Made by a program: the position numbers and the translations under genes
NCBI GenBank assembly: GCA_004297165.1
Contig: SCUJ01000010.1
Coordinates: 73,666 to 137,665, forward strand
Length of the DNA stretch: 64,000 bases
Source of the DNA: Gammaproteobacteria bacterium
GTDB taxonomy: Bacteria > Pseudomonadota > Gammaproteobacteria > Eutrophobiales > Eutrophobiaceae
Direction of reading: 5' to 3'
Shown: positions 8,823 to 20,524 of the stretch, piece after piece
Numbering within the stretch: position 1 is the stretch's first letter
How the letters are laid out: the number at the start of each line of letters is the position of its first letter
Notes under the pieces: generated by a model
What the model saw: only the letters and a program-made list of their open reading frames with translations
Told to the model about the DNA's origin: nothing
Databases searched by the model: none

Positions 8823-10025
8823 ATGATCAAACCCCACGGTTCCGACCAGCTCAGGCCATTGTTCGTCCAGGATGACAGTCAGCGCGAGCGCTTGATCAAG
8901 GAGGCCGAAAGTCTACCCTCTCTACTCATCAGTTCCGCCGCGGCCGCCAATGCCGTAATGCTCGGGGCCGGTTACTTCACCCCGCTGGACGGCTACATGA
9001 ACATCGCCGATTCGCTCTCGGTCGCGGAAACCATGCGCACCACCGGCGGATTGTTCTGGCCCATCCCCATCATGAACCTTACCCAGGATTCTGGAGCGAT
9101 CAAAGGAGCAAAGCGCATCGCCCTGCGCGACCCGAATGTTCCCGGGAACCCGGTGATTGCCATCCAGACTGTCACCGCCGTGGAGACCCTGAGCGATGAG
9201 CAACTGGATCGGATCACGGCCAAGGTCTTCGGCTCTTTGTCCCCGGAACATCCCGGGGTCGCCACCTTCAAGGGTCATGGGAAGCAGGTGATTTCCGGGC
9301 CGATCGAGGTGTTGAATTTCAGTTATTTCCCCACTGATTTTCCGGATACCTTCCGCACCGCCCCGCAAATCCGCGAGAACATCCGGAAGAAAGGCTGGAA
9401 GAAGGTGGTGGCCTTCCAGACCCGCAACCCCATGCATCGCGCGCACGAAGAACTTTGCAAGATGGCAATGACGAGCGTCGGGGCCGATGGCGTACTCATC
9501 CACATGCTGCTCGGCAAGTTAAAGCCGGGGGATATCCCGGCGGAGGTCCGCGACGCGGCCATCCGCAAGATGGTGGAATTGTACTTCCCACCGGATACGG
9601 TCAAGGTTACCGGGTATGGTTTCGACATGCTGTATGCGGGGCCGCGCGAGGCCGTGCTACATGCTGTATTCCGGCAGAACGCCGGATGTACGCACTTCAT
9701 CGTCGGCCGCGATCATGCGGGCGTGGGCAGTTTTTACGGACCGTTCGACGCGCAGAAGATATTCCAGACCGAGGTGCCGCCGGGCGCACTCGCCATCGAG
9801 ATCTTCGGCGCCGACAACACCGCCTACTCCAAAAAACTACAGCGGGTCGTCATGATGCGCGATGCGCCGGACCATACGCCGGATGACTTTGTAACGCTCT
9901 CCGGCACGAAGGTTCGGGACATGCTGGCGGCGGGTAAAAGCCTGCCGGTTGAATTCGCCCGGCCCGAGGTTGCCGAGATCCTGATGAAATATTATCAGCA
10001 GGAGGCTGCTTCCAGTCCGACATAA
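8823..10025 (+). CDS. sat: Sulfate adenylyltransferase (Sat-type ATP sulfurylase, no APS-kinase domain)
   Basis: AFQTRNPMHRAHE, YAGPREAVLHA.FRQNAGCTHFIVGRDHAGVG, LSGTKVR; GGAGG RBS before ATG 8823. Confidence 0.95.
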   Translation: MIKPHGSDQLRPLFVQDDSQRERLIKEAESLPSLLISSAAAANAVMLGAGYFTPLDGYMNIADSLSVAETMRTTGGLFWPIPIMNLTQDSGAIKGAKRIALRDPNVPGNPVIAIQTVTAVETLSDEQLDRITAKVFGSLSPEHPGVATFKGHGKQVISGPIEVLNFSYFPTDFPDTFRTAPQIRENIRKKGWKKVVAFQTRNPMHRAHEELCKMAMTSVGADGVLIHMLLGKLKPGDIPAEVRDAAIRKMVELYFPPDTVKVTGYGFDMLYAGPREAVLHAVFRQNAGCTHFIVGRDHAGVGSFYGPFDAQKIFQTEVPPGALAIEIFGADNTAYSKKLQRVVMMRDAPDHTPDDFVTLSGTKVRDMLAAGKSLPVEFARPEVAEILMKYYQQEAASSPT

Positions 10026-10055
10026 CCCCTGTTATACCCTGCATCGCGAATCTTA

Positions 10056-10083
10056 TTGACAACAAAAGAACATTGGCTATATT
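10056..10083 (+). promoter_or_regulatory. sigma70-type promoter for groESL
   Basis: TTGACA (10056-10061), 16 bp, TATATT (10078-10083), abutting CIRCE. Confidence 0.55.
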
Positions 10084-10084
10084 C

Positions 10085-10111
10085 TTGGCACTCACTTATA
10101 TAGAGTGCTAA
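10085..10111 (+). promoter_or_regulatory. CIRCE operator (HrcA site)
   Basis: TTGGCACTC-N9-GAGTGCTAA, one mismatch to TTAGCACTC-N9-GAGTGCTAA, upstream of groES. Confidence 0.9.
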
Positions 10112-10170
10112 TAAATAAGCATTTCTTTAAATCTTTCATATGGTTATTGACACTGGAGGTAGTGGTGAAA

Positions 10171-12140
<1,970 letters not shown>

Positions 12141-12160
12141 CAAAGCCGTATCGGCCAAAG

Positions 12161-12189
12161 AAAAACCCGCCTCTCGGCGGGTTTTTTTT
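12161..12189. terminator. Bidirectional intrinsic terminator between groEL and rho
   Basis: AAAAACCCGCC-TCTC-GGCGGGTTTTTTTT. Confidence 0.9.
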
Positions 12190-12235
12190 GCTTATGGCTT
12201 AAATGGATTAGCCTGCCACTGATTCTTCTTATTTA

Positions 12236-13495
12236 TTATTGCCGTTTCATCGCGTCGAAGAATTCCGCGTTGTTCTTGGTGGGGCGCATGCGCTCCAGCA
12301 TGAATTCCATCGCGGCCTGCGGTTCCATCGGGTGCAACAACTTGCGCAGGATCCACATCTTCTGCAGTTCATCCTTTTCCGTCAGCAACTCCTCGCGCCG
12401 GGTGCCCGAGCGATTGATATTGATGGCGGGGTAGATCCGCTTCTCGGCGATCTCCCGCTCCAGGTGCAATTCCATGTTGCCGGTGCCCTTGAATTCCTCG
12501 TAGATCACATCGTCCATGCGCGAACCTGTATCCACGAGCGCGGTCGCGATGATGGTCAGGCTGCCGCCCTCTTCGATATTGCGCGCTGCGCCGAAGAAAC
12601 GCTTGGGACGCTGCAGGGCATTAGCATCGACACCGCCAGTCAGGACCTTGCCGGACGCAGGCACGACCGTATTATAGGCGCGGGCGAGACGGGTGATGGA
12701 ATCGAGCAGGATGACTGCATCCTTCTTGTGCTCCACCAGCCGCTTCACCCTTTCGATGACCATCTCGGCGACCTGGACATGGCGCGTCGCAGGTTCATCG
12801 AAGGTGCTCGAAATCACTTCTCCCTTGACGGAACGAGCCATCTCGGTCACTTCCTCAGGCCGCTCGTCGATCAGCAGCACCGTGAGATGACATTCGGGAT
12901 AATTGTGCGCAATCGATTGGGCGATGGACTGGAGGATCATCGTCTTGCCCGCCTTCGGCGGCGAGACGATCAGACCGCGCTGACCTTTGCCAATGGGCGC
13001 CACCAGGTCGATGATCCTGGGAGTCAGGTCTTCCGTGCTGCCGTTGCCGGTCTCCAGAGTGAGACGTTCGTGGGCGAATAAGGGCGTAAGGTTTTCGAAG
13101 AGGATCTTGTGCTTCGATTTATCCGGCGGTTCAAAATTGATCTCGTTGACCTTGAGGAGGGCGAAATAACGTTCGCCATCCTTGGGTGGCCTGATCTTGC
13201 CAGTTACCGTGTCCCCGGTGCGCAGATTGAAGCGGCGGATCTGGCTCGGCGAGACGTAGATGTCGTCGGGCCCGGCCAGGTAGGAACTGTCAGCGGAACG
13301 TAGAAAACCAAAACCGTCCTGCAGGATCTCCAGCACGCCGTTACCATAGATATCCTCGCCTTTCTTGGCGTGCGCCTTGAGAATTTCAAAGATGACGTCC
13401 TGCTTTCTATGGCGGGCAAGGCCTTCAAGGCCCAGCGATTCAGATAGAGTGACAAGCTGCGAGGCAGGCTGTTGCTTGAGTTCTGTAAGGTTCAT
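12236..13495 (-). CDS. rho: Transcription termination factor Rho
   Basis: [42 protein letters not shown]; 419 aa. Confidence 0.99.
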   Translation of the reverse strand: MNLTELKQQPASQLVTLSESLGLEGLARHRKQDVIFEILKAHAKKGEDIYGNGVLEILQDGFGFLRSADSSYLAGPDDIYVSPSQIRRFNLRTGDTVTGKIRPPKDGERYFALLKVNEINFEPPDKSKHKILFENLTPLFAHERLTLETGNGSTEDLTPRIIDLVAPIGKGQRGLIVSPPKAGKTMILQSIAQSIAHNYPECHLTVLLIDERPEEVTEMARSVKGEVISSTFDEPATRHVQVAEMVIERVKRLVEHKKDAVILLDSITRLARAYNTVVPASGKVLTGGVDANALQRPKRFFGAARNIEEGGSLTIIATALVDTGSRMDDVIYEEFKGTGNMELHLEREIAEKRIYPAININRSGTRREELLTEKDELQKMWILRKLLHPMEPQAAMEFMLERMRPTKNNAEFFDAMKRQ

Positions 13496-13653
13496 GGACT
13501 CCGGATTACGGTAGAGATCGGGACGAGATAGAAATACACACGCCTGTGTGCTTGTTAACGATTGGTGTTGCTAGTTTTTGCTTGGGGGAACAGTCAGACA
13601 GGCGTTGTTGCTGAGATAAAAGTTAGCACGACATCCCGAATTCGTCCAGTAGT

Positions 13654-13980
13654 TTATACAACACTGTCGATAAACGCGGACAATTGAGATTTCGAGACAG
13701 CGCCGACCTTCGTACCGGCGACTTCGCCGTTCTTGAAGATCATCAATGTGGGAATGCCCCGGACGGCATATTTCTGCGGGGTCGCCTGATTTTCATCGAT
13801 ATTGATCTTCGCAACCGTCAACTTGCCCTTGTATTCATTGGCAACTTCATCCAGGATTGGTGCTATCATCTTGCAAGGACCGCACCATTCGGCCCAGTAA
13901 TCGACGATTACGGGCATTTCTGAATTCAAAACGGTTTCTTCAAAGGTTGAATCTGTAACATTAATAATACTATCGCTCAT
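13654..13980 (-). CDS. trxA: Thioredoxin
   Basis: [11 protein letters not shown]; start MSDSII. Confidence 0.97.
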   Translation of the reverse strand: MSDSIINVTDSTFEETVLNSEMPVIVDYWAEWCGPCKMIAPILDEVANEYKGKLTVAKINIDENQATPQKYAVRGIPTLMIFKNGEVAGTKVGAVSKSQLSAFIDSVV

Positions 13981-14084
13981 GGGATTGCCCTGATCTGGGG
14001 ATGGATTCGAGGTCATCATTTTCATCGCAGATCCTTTTTATTGCAAGTCATGCCATGTCCGAACCCGGTAAATAATCCATAAGA

Positions 14085-15365
14085 ATGCATCAGAACACCA
14101 CAACAGACCTGGCTTTCGAGGCGCTACCGCTCCAGGATGTGCTCCAGCGCGCCTTGCAGGATTCCGGTTTCAGTCATTGCACCCCCATACAGAAGGAGAC
14201 TTTGCCCTTGCTGCTGGCGGGCCGGGACATCGCGGGGCAATCGCAGACAGGCACAGGGAAAACCGCCGCTTTCCTGCTGGCCACATTGCATCATTTGCTC
14301 AACGCGCGATCGGATTCGACCTACAACTCCATCGGCCCCGGGGCGATAATCATCTCGCCCACCCGGGAGCTTGCAATCCAGATCTACAATGACGCCGTAA
14401 AACTGAACAGTCATGCCGGGTTGCGCATTGGTTTGGTATACGGCGGCGTTGATTACGACAAACAGCGCAAGATGCTCGAACAGGGCGTCGATATATTGAT
14501 CGGCACCCCCGGCCGCCTAATCGATTATTTCAAACAGAAAGTCTACCGCCTGACTGACATTCGCATCATGGTCCTCGATGAGGCGGATCGCATGTTCGAT
14601 CTGGGTTTCATCAACGACGTAAGATTTCTGCTACGGCGCATGCCTGAGCCGCAAAAGCGCATCAGCATGCTGTTTTCCGCGACCCTGAGTTGGCGGGTTA
14701 CGGAACTCGCGTATGAACACATGAACAATCCCCAACTCATCCGAATCAACCCCGAGCAGATCACCGCCGACAAGGTTCAACAAACCGGATTTCATGTGGC
14801 CAAGGAAGAAAAAATTTCCCTGCTGCTTGGCCTGTTGCATCGCATCGATCCACACCGCACCCTGGTCTTCGTCAACACCAAAAGAACCGCAGACCTGGTC
14901 TGGGGTTATCTGGAGGGCAACGGTTTTCATGCGGCCCTTTTGACCGGGGATGTCCAGCAGAAAAAACGGCAGAATCTGTTTCAGGAGTTTGCGAGCGGCA
15001 ATTTGCCAATCCTTGTCGCGACCGATCTGGCTTCCCGTGGACTCCACATTCCGGATATCAGCCATGTCATCAACTTCGACATGCCGCAAAACGCCGAGGA
15101 TTATGTGCATCGTATCGGCCGCACCGCGCGCGCGGGGGCCAGCGGCGATGCGGTGAGTCTGATCTGCGAGGAATACGTCTATTCGCTTGCCGAGATCGAG
15201 GCCTACATCGGCCATAAAATACCCACACAATTCGCCACTCAAGATATGCTGTTCAATCCAAAACCTCCTGTGCGCCGGGAGCGCAAGGATTTCGTGAAAC
15301 CCAGGAAGGCCAAACAGGGCCCTACGCGGAGTAAACCGGCAAGAAATCGCGCTGCACGACCGTAA
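14085..15365 (+). CDS. rhlB: DEAD-box RNA helicase RhlB
   Basis: QSQTGTGKT, DEAD, FSAT, HRIGRTARAG; divergent from trxA. Confidence 0.92.
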   Translation: MHQNTTTDLAFEALPLQDVLQRALQDSGFSHCTPIQKETLPLLLAGRDIAGQSQTGTGKTAAFLLATLHHLLNARSDSTYNSIGPGAIIISPTRELAIQIYNDAVKLNSHAGLRIGLVYGGVDYDKQRKMLEQGVDILIGTPGRLIDYFKQKVYRLTDIRIMVLDEADRMFDLGFINDVRFLLRRMPEPQKRISMLFSATLSWRVTELAYEHMNNPQLIRINPEQITADKVQQTGFHVAKEEKISLLLGLLHRIDPHRTLVFVNTKRTADLVWGYLEGNGFHAALLTGDVQQKKRQNLFQEFASGNLPILVATDLASRGLHIPDISHVINFDMPQNAEDYVHRIGRTARAGASGDAVSLICEEYVYSLAEIEAYIGHKIPTQFATQDMLFNPKPPVRRERKDFVKPRKAKQGPTRSKPARNRAARP

Positions 15366-15444
15366 CGGTAATCTTTCGCCACTGATTCCGGCATTCGCTA
15401 CAATATGCCGCCAATCACCCCGCTCAGGGTTGCCAGAAATTAAC

Positions 15445-15573
15445 ATGAACAAAAGAATGATCCTCGATTGCATGATTAAAGTTGCATTCATCCTGGCCAT
15501 GTCAGCTAGTATTTCCGCCTGTGGTCAGAAAGGGGCTTTGTATCTCCCCCAAGACAGTTTTACTCATCCGTAA
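15445..15573 (+). CDS. lptM: Small lipoprotein LptM (YifL), missing from ORF track
   Basis: MNKRMILDCMIKVAFILAMSASISACGQKGALYLPQDSFTHP; lipobox plus CGQKGxLYLP signature upstream of lysA. Confidence 0.85.
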   Translation: MNKRMILDCMIKVAFILAMSASISACGQKGALYLPQDSFTHP

Positions 15574-15599
15574 CGACAGCAACATCCCTGTTTTAATAC

Positions 15600-16856
15600 A
15601 TGAGCTTTCATGCCTACCTTCATGACCGGCTGCATGTCGGTCAAATAGCGCTTGAAGATTTGGCAAATCGTTATGGCACGCCGCTTTATGTGTATTCACG
15701 CCCGGCAATTGAACAACAATGGCGGAATTTTCATGACGCCTTCGGCGCGCGCAACCATCTGATCTGCTATGCGGTCAAGGCCAACAGCAACCTCTCTCTG
15801 CTAGCCTGTCTGGCCCGACTTGGCTCGGGTTTCGACATCGTCTCGGGTGGAGAACTGGAACGGGTATTGACGGCCGGAGGCGATCCAAAAAAAATAGTAT
15901 TTTCCGGCGTCGGCAAAACTGAAGCGGAGATTACCAGCGCCCTTAAGGCGGGTATTCGCTGTCTTAATTGCGAGTCATTACCTGAGCTAAGACGCATAGA
16001 CACTGTCGCCAGCGGACTTGGGGTCAAGGCGCCTATCGCATTAAGGATCAATCCCGACGTTGATGCGGAAACTCACCCCTATATTGCGACGGGACTTCAA
16101 CAGAACAAATTCGGTATTGCCTGGGAAGATGCCGTTGACGCTTATGAGCAGGCCCTCAAGCTCCCAAATATCGAGATTACCGGAATCGCATGCCATATCG
16201 GGTCCCAGATAACCACTCTCTCTCCCTATATAGATTCGATAAAACTCCTGAACACCCTGATTCCCAAACTGGCGCAGGAAGGGATCAAACTCAGAGACAT
16301 CGACTTGGGCGGAGGTTTGGGCATCCGTTACAGCAACGAGGAACCACCCGCGCCGACAGAACTCGCCCGTATCGTCAGAAATAATCTGACGGATGACTCG
16401 GCGTGCGTAATCATAGAACCCGGACGTTCTATCGTAGGCAATGCCGGATGGCTCATCACCAAAGTGCAGTACCTCAAACACACCAAACTGAAAAATTTCG
16501 CGATTGTTGACGCGGCGATGAATGACCTGCTGCGACCGGCACTCTACTCAAGCTGGCATGATATCCTCCCGCTCACACAACATGCGGATGTCACGGAACG
16601 TCTTTATGATGTTGTCGGACCGGTCTGCGAGAGTGGCGATTTCCTGGGGCGGGAACGCAGACTGGCACTCAGGGATAATGACTATTTAGCTATCGCCTCC
16701 GCCGGCGCTTATGGGTTCAGCATGAGCTCCAACTACAATTCGAGACCACGCGCGGCAGAGATCCTGATAGACGGCGATCAGGCAAGACTAATTCGCAAAC
16801 GTGAAGTCCTGTCCGAACTACTCTCCGGTGAAATGCCGATAGAGATCGATTCTTAA
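15600..16856 (+). CDS. lysA: Diaminopimelate decarboxylase
   Basis: YAVKANSN, HIGSQI, DLGGG, EPGRS, GPVCESGD, GAYG..MSSNYNSRPR. Confidence 0.97.
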   Translation: MSFHAYLHDRLHVGQIALEDLANRYGTPLYVYSRPAIEQQWRNFHDAFGARNHLICYAVKANSNLSLLACLARLGSGFDIVSGGELERVLTAGGDPKKIVFSGVGKTEAEITSALKAGIRCLNCESLPELRRIDTVASGLGVKAPIALRINPDVDAETHPYIATGLQQNKFGIAWEDAVDAYEQALKLPNIEITGIACHIGSQITTLSPYIDSIKLLNTLIPKLAQEGIKLRDIDLGGGLGIRYSNEEPPAPTELARIVRNNLTDDSACVIIEPGRSIVGNAGWLITKVQYLKHTKLKNFAIVDAAMNDLLRPALYSSWHDILPLTQHADVTERLYDVVGPVCESGDFLGRERRLALRDNDYLAIASAGAYGFSMSSNYNSRPRAAEILIDGDQARLIRKREVLSELLSGEMPIEIDS

Positions 16857-16907
16857 ATAAATTATTCGCATTGAAATATGTATACGAAAAACCTGTGTCG
16901 AAGAATA

Positions 16908-16955
16908 TGCACCATGATATTGCGTATGCATTAAATAGCGCACGATAATGGTGCA
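16908..16955. promoter_or_regulatory. Tandem NtrC enhancer sites of glnA
   Basis: TGCACCATGATATTGCG (16908-16924) and CGCACGATAATGGTGCA (16939-16955) versus TGCACCA-N3-TGGTGCA. Confidence 0.8.
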
Positions 16956-17020
16956 TTACTGTCCGATGAATTAAGTGCTAACTACCCGATTTATAAATAA
17001 AATACACGCATTAAGACCTC

Positions 17021-17036
17021 TGGCATGTAATCTGCA
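17021..17036 (+). promoter_or_regulatory. sigma54 promoter of glnA
   Basis: TGGCATGTAATCTGCA, GG and GC 12 bp apart, downstream of the NtrC sites. Confidence 0.75.
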
Positions 17037-17170
17037 TTTATTCGGCAATATCGCACTGGATTCGAATAGTGCGGGGATCGCATATTAAGGGTCACGATTC
17101 GTACATCTGCTGGGAATCAGACACATCCAAGCAAATTTTTACAATAACTACTCAACGGGAGTTTTAACCA

Positions 17171-18580
17171 ATGTCCAAACAGAAAGTCCTGCAGCTGATT
17201 AAGGAAAACGAGGCGAAGTATGTCGATCTGCGTTTTGCCGATACGCGGGGTAAAGAGCAGCACCTCACCATCCCGTCTTCCACTATTGATGACGATTTTT
17301 TCGAGTCGGGCAAGATGTTCGATGGGTCCTCAATCTCAGGGTGGAAGGGTATCAATGAATCCGACATGGTGCTGATGCCTGATGCAGATACAGCGGTCCT
17401 GGATCCCTTTTATGATGACGCGACGATCAACATACGTTGCGATGTCCTCGAGCCGACCACCATGCAGGGATATGAACGCTGCCCACGTTCGATCGGAAAA
17501 AGAGCGGAGGCCTACCTCAAGTCGACTGGAATCGCCGACACTGCATTTTTCGGCCCGGAGCCGGAATTTTTCATCTTCGACAGGGCGCGCTGGGGCGACA
17601 ACATGCACAGCGCCTTTTACGAGATCGACTCGGAGGAAGGCAGTTGGAACAGCGATCGTTCCTGCGAGGAAGGTAACATCGGACACCGGCCCGGCACCAA
17701 GGGCGGTTATTTCCCGGTGCCACCGGTGGATTCCCTGCAGAACGTGCGCGCCGCGATGTGCGAGACCCTTGAAGCTATGGGCGTGCCTGTGGAAGTACAT
17801 CACCACGAGGTGGCCACAGCCGGCCAGTCCGAGATCGGCACAAAATTCAACACCCTCGTCAGAAAAGCCGATGAGATGCTGATCCTGAAATACTGTGTCC
17901 TGAATGTGGCGCATAACTTTGGTAAGACTGCCACCTTCATGCCGAAACCGCTCGTCGGCGACAACGGCAATGGCATGCATGTGCACCAGTCGTTATCGAA
18001 AAACGGGACCAACCTCTTCACCGGCAATAAATACGGTGGGTTGTCGGAAATGGCCCTGCATTACATCGGCGGAATCTTCAAGCACGCCAAGGCCCTCAAT
18101 GCATTCACCAATTCCAGCACCAACAGCTATAAGCGTTTGGTGCCCGGTTTCGAAGCCCCGGTGCTGCTGGCCTACTCTGCCAGAAACCGCTCGGCGTCAT
18201 GTCGAATACCCTGGGTCTCCAGCCCGAAGGCGCGGCGCGTTGAGGTTCGCTTCCCGGATTCCTGCGGCAACCCCTATTTCACGTTTGCCGCCATGATGAT
18301 GGCGGGTCTGGACGGCATACAGAACAAGATTAATCCGGGCGCGCCCTTGGACAAGGACCTTTACGATTTGGAACCGGAAGAAGAGAAAGACATCCCCACT
18401 GTGTGTTTTTCACTCGAAGAGGCCTTGAATTCCTTGGACGAAGACCGGGCGTTCCTCACTGCCGGCGGGGTCTTTACCGACGACATGATCGACGGTTACA
18501 TCAAGCTGAAGATGGATGAGGTTACGCGCTTGCGCATGACCACTCACCCCGTTGAGTTTGGGATGTACTTCAGCCTCTAG
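17171..18580 (+). CDS. glnA: Glutamine synthetase type I
   Basis: [40 protein letters not shown] adenylylation-site motif. Confidence 0.99.
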   Translation: MSKQKVLQLIKENEAKYVDLRFADTRGKEQHLTIPSSTIDDDFFESGKMFDGSSISGWKGINESDMVLMPDADTAVLDPFYDDATINIRCDVLEPTTMQGYERCPRSIGKRAEAYLKSTGIADTAFFGPEPEFFIFDRARWGDNMHSAFYEIDSEEGSWNSDRSCEEGNIGHRPGTKGGYFPVPPVDSLQNVRAAMCETLEAMGVPVEVHHHEVATAGQSEIGTKFNTLVRKADEMLILKYCVLNVAHNFGKTATFMPKPLVGDNGNGMHVHQSLSKNGTNLFTGNKYGGLSEMALHYIGGIFKHAKALNAFTNSSTNSYKRLVPGFEAPVLLAYSARNRSASCRIPWVSSPKARRVEVRFPDSCGNPYFTFAAMMMAGLDGIQNKINPGAPLDKDLYDLEPEEEKDIPTVCFSLEEALNSLDEDRAFLTAGGVFTDDMIDGYIKLKMDEVTRLRMTTHPVEFGMYFSL

Positions 18581-18607
18581 ACGCCATCAGAACTCCCAAT
18601 AATCATT

Positions 18608-18634
18608 AAGCCCCCCACGAGGGGGCTTTTTTTT
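18608..18634 (+). terminator. Intrinsic terminator after glnA
   Basis: AAGCCCCC-CACGA-GGGGGCTT plus T-run. Confidence 0.85.
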
Positions 18635-18698
18635 GGTTCGTTATTGTCATTTTGAATCAACGGTTGAGAGTATGCCGCCGTTTAACTAAGATCCAGTC

Positions 18699-19235
18699 AT
18701 GCGTAATTTGATATCACTTTTGCTTGCCCTGTGTCTCTCCTGTCTCGTAAGCGCGCAGACGGTCTATCGCAGTGTGGACAAGGACGGCAATATCGTATTC
18801 TCCGATACACCGACGGAAGGCGCGGAAGAGATAATCCTGCAGGAAGTGCCGACCATAAAATCAACTTCGGCGCCCCTAACATCCCAACCCGACCAGACCA
18901 AGGAAGCGGAAGTAATTACCTATGCCAGTCTGAATATCACCTCCCCCGCGAATGATGAAGCCATCCGTGAAAACTCGGGCAACGTCGATATCCTGGTTGA
19001 ACTCAAACCCGATCTGATGGCAGGACATAAACTGACCCTCTATCTCGACGGCAAAGAGTTCGCCGATTCCATTACTCCCTCTTTCAATCTGACCAACCTG
19101 GATCGCGGCACGCATCAACTACGCGTTGCCGTACGGGATGCGGATGGAAAAATCCTGTTGAGCAGCCCTTCCGTAATCTTCCATCTTCAACGGGCCGCGG
19201 TGATACGCCCTCAATCCCCACCAGCAACAAACTAA
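18699..19235 (+). CDS. DUF4124-family exported protein with C-terminal Ig-like region
   Basis: Signal peptide, VYRSVDKDGNIVFSDTP; usual position between glnA and ntrB. Confidence 0.8.
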   Translation: MRNLISLLLALCLSCLVSAQTVYRSVDKDGNIVFSDTPTEGAEEIILQEVPTIKSTSAPLTSQPDQTKEAEVITYASLNITSPANDEAIRENSGNVDILVELKPDLMAGHKLTLYLDGKEFADSITPSFNLTNLDRGTHQLRVAVRDADGKILLSSPSVIFHLQRAAVIRPQSPPATN

Positions 19236-19295
19236 TCATATTCCTTCGCCATCCCGCGATTCGGATGGCGAGTATCCATCAGCTTTTTCGTGCAT

Positions 19296-19311
19296 CGGCA
19301 CGTTAATTGCT
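19296..19311 (+). promoter_or_regulatory. Candidate sigma54 promoter upstream of ntrB
   Basis: CGGCACGTTAATTGCT versus TGGCACG-N4-TTGCW. Confidence 0.7.
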
Positions 19312-19421
19312 GCTATCTAATCCTATACCAGCAGTTACATCGTGATGTTTAGTTAACTCAGTGTTATTCAAAGTATTTAACGGAAATAAGCACTACCGAT
19401 AAGGTCCATTTGATTCGTGAT

Positions 19422-19438
19422 CGCACCATAGTAGTGCG
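19422..19438. promoter_or_regulatory. NtrC site just upstream of ntrB
   Basis: CGCACCATAGTAGTGCG, palindromic ends. Confidence 0.7.
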
Positions 19439-19450
19439 ATAATTAACTAT

Positions 19451-20524
19451 ATGATCGACATCGAAGCACACTCGGATCTCCACTTCGAGAATCTGGTTAC
19501 CGCGATTCTGGTATTCGATCGAGAATTATGTCTGTGTCGAATGAATACCTCCGGCGAAAACCTGCTAATGACCAGTTTCCGCCAGATAGTGGGGCTCCCT
19601 GCCACAGAAATTTTCGCCGTCTCCCCGGGTTTCATCGAGGGCCTGGATCGCTCAGACCAAACCAGAAATCCACTGACACAACGGGGGGTGCAATTAAACC
19701 TGCCAGGAAACAGGACTGTCAGCGTCGACTGTATCTTTACTCCGGTGACCAATACCTCCAAGCACCCGGAGATAATTGTCGAGATCATCGATACGCAAGC
19801 CATCTCACGGCTCCTGAAAGAGGAAAACCTCACGATGTTGCATTCTGCCGTGCGTGAAACCCTCCGCGGGATGGCGCATGAAATCAAGAATCCGCTGGGT
19901 GGTCTGCGCGGGGCGGCCCAGTTGCTGGAGCGGGAACTGGAAAACGACGAATTGAAGGAGTACACGCAAATCATCATCCGGGAGGCGGACCGTTTGAGCA
20001 ATTTGATCGACCGCATGCTCGCACCGAACGGAAAACCGCACACCGAAAAGGTCAACATCCATGCCGTGCTGGAGTATGTGCAGAATCTGCTGGAGGCCGA
20101 ATCGAACACGCCCCTGCGCATCGAGCGCGATTACGACCCCAGTCTTCCGGACCTGCAAGCCGATCAGGAGCAGGTGATACAGGCAATTTTCAATGTGTTC
20201 AGAAATGCAGTCCAGGCCAGCGCCCCGGATGGACAGATATGGATCAACACCCGCATCAAACGCATGTGCACAATCCGCCAGCACTTGCACAAACTTGCGG
20301 TTGTTATAGAGATCATGGACGACGGTCCAGGAGTCCCCAAGGCGATCGAAAATTTTCTTTTTTATCCCATGGTCACAGGACGGGCGGAAGGCACGGGGCT
20401 CGGCCTTTCCATTGCACAATCGTTAATTCAGGCTCATCGAGGATTGATTGAATATGAACGGACTGAAAATCGCACCATCTTCCGAATCCTTTTACCCATC
20501 GAATACCACGATGACCAAGCATAA
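19451..20524 (+). CDS. glnL: Nitrogen regulation sensor kinase NtrB
   Basis: PAS region, GMAHEIKNPLGGLRGAAQLL, DDGPG, GTGLGL. Confidence 0.95.
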   Translation: MIDIEAHSDLHFENLVTAILVFDRELCLCRMNTSGENLLMTSFRQIVGLPATEIFAVSPGFIEGLDRSDQTRNPLTQRGVQLNLPGNRTVSVDCIFTPVTNTSKHPEIIVEIIDTQAISRLLKEENLTMLHSAVRETLRGMAHEIKNPLGGLRGAAQLLERELENDELKEYTQIIIREADRLSNLIDRMLAPNGKPHTEKVNIHAVLEYVQNLLEAESNTPLRIERDYDPSLPDLQADQEQVIQAIFNVFRNAVQASAPDGQIWINTRIKRMCTIRQHLHKLAVVIEIMDDGPGVPKAIENFLFYPMVTGRAEGTGLGLSIAQSLIQAHRGLIEYERTENRTIFRILLPIEYHDDQA

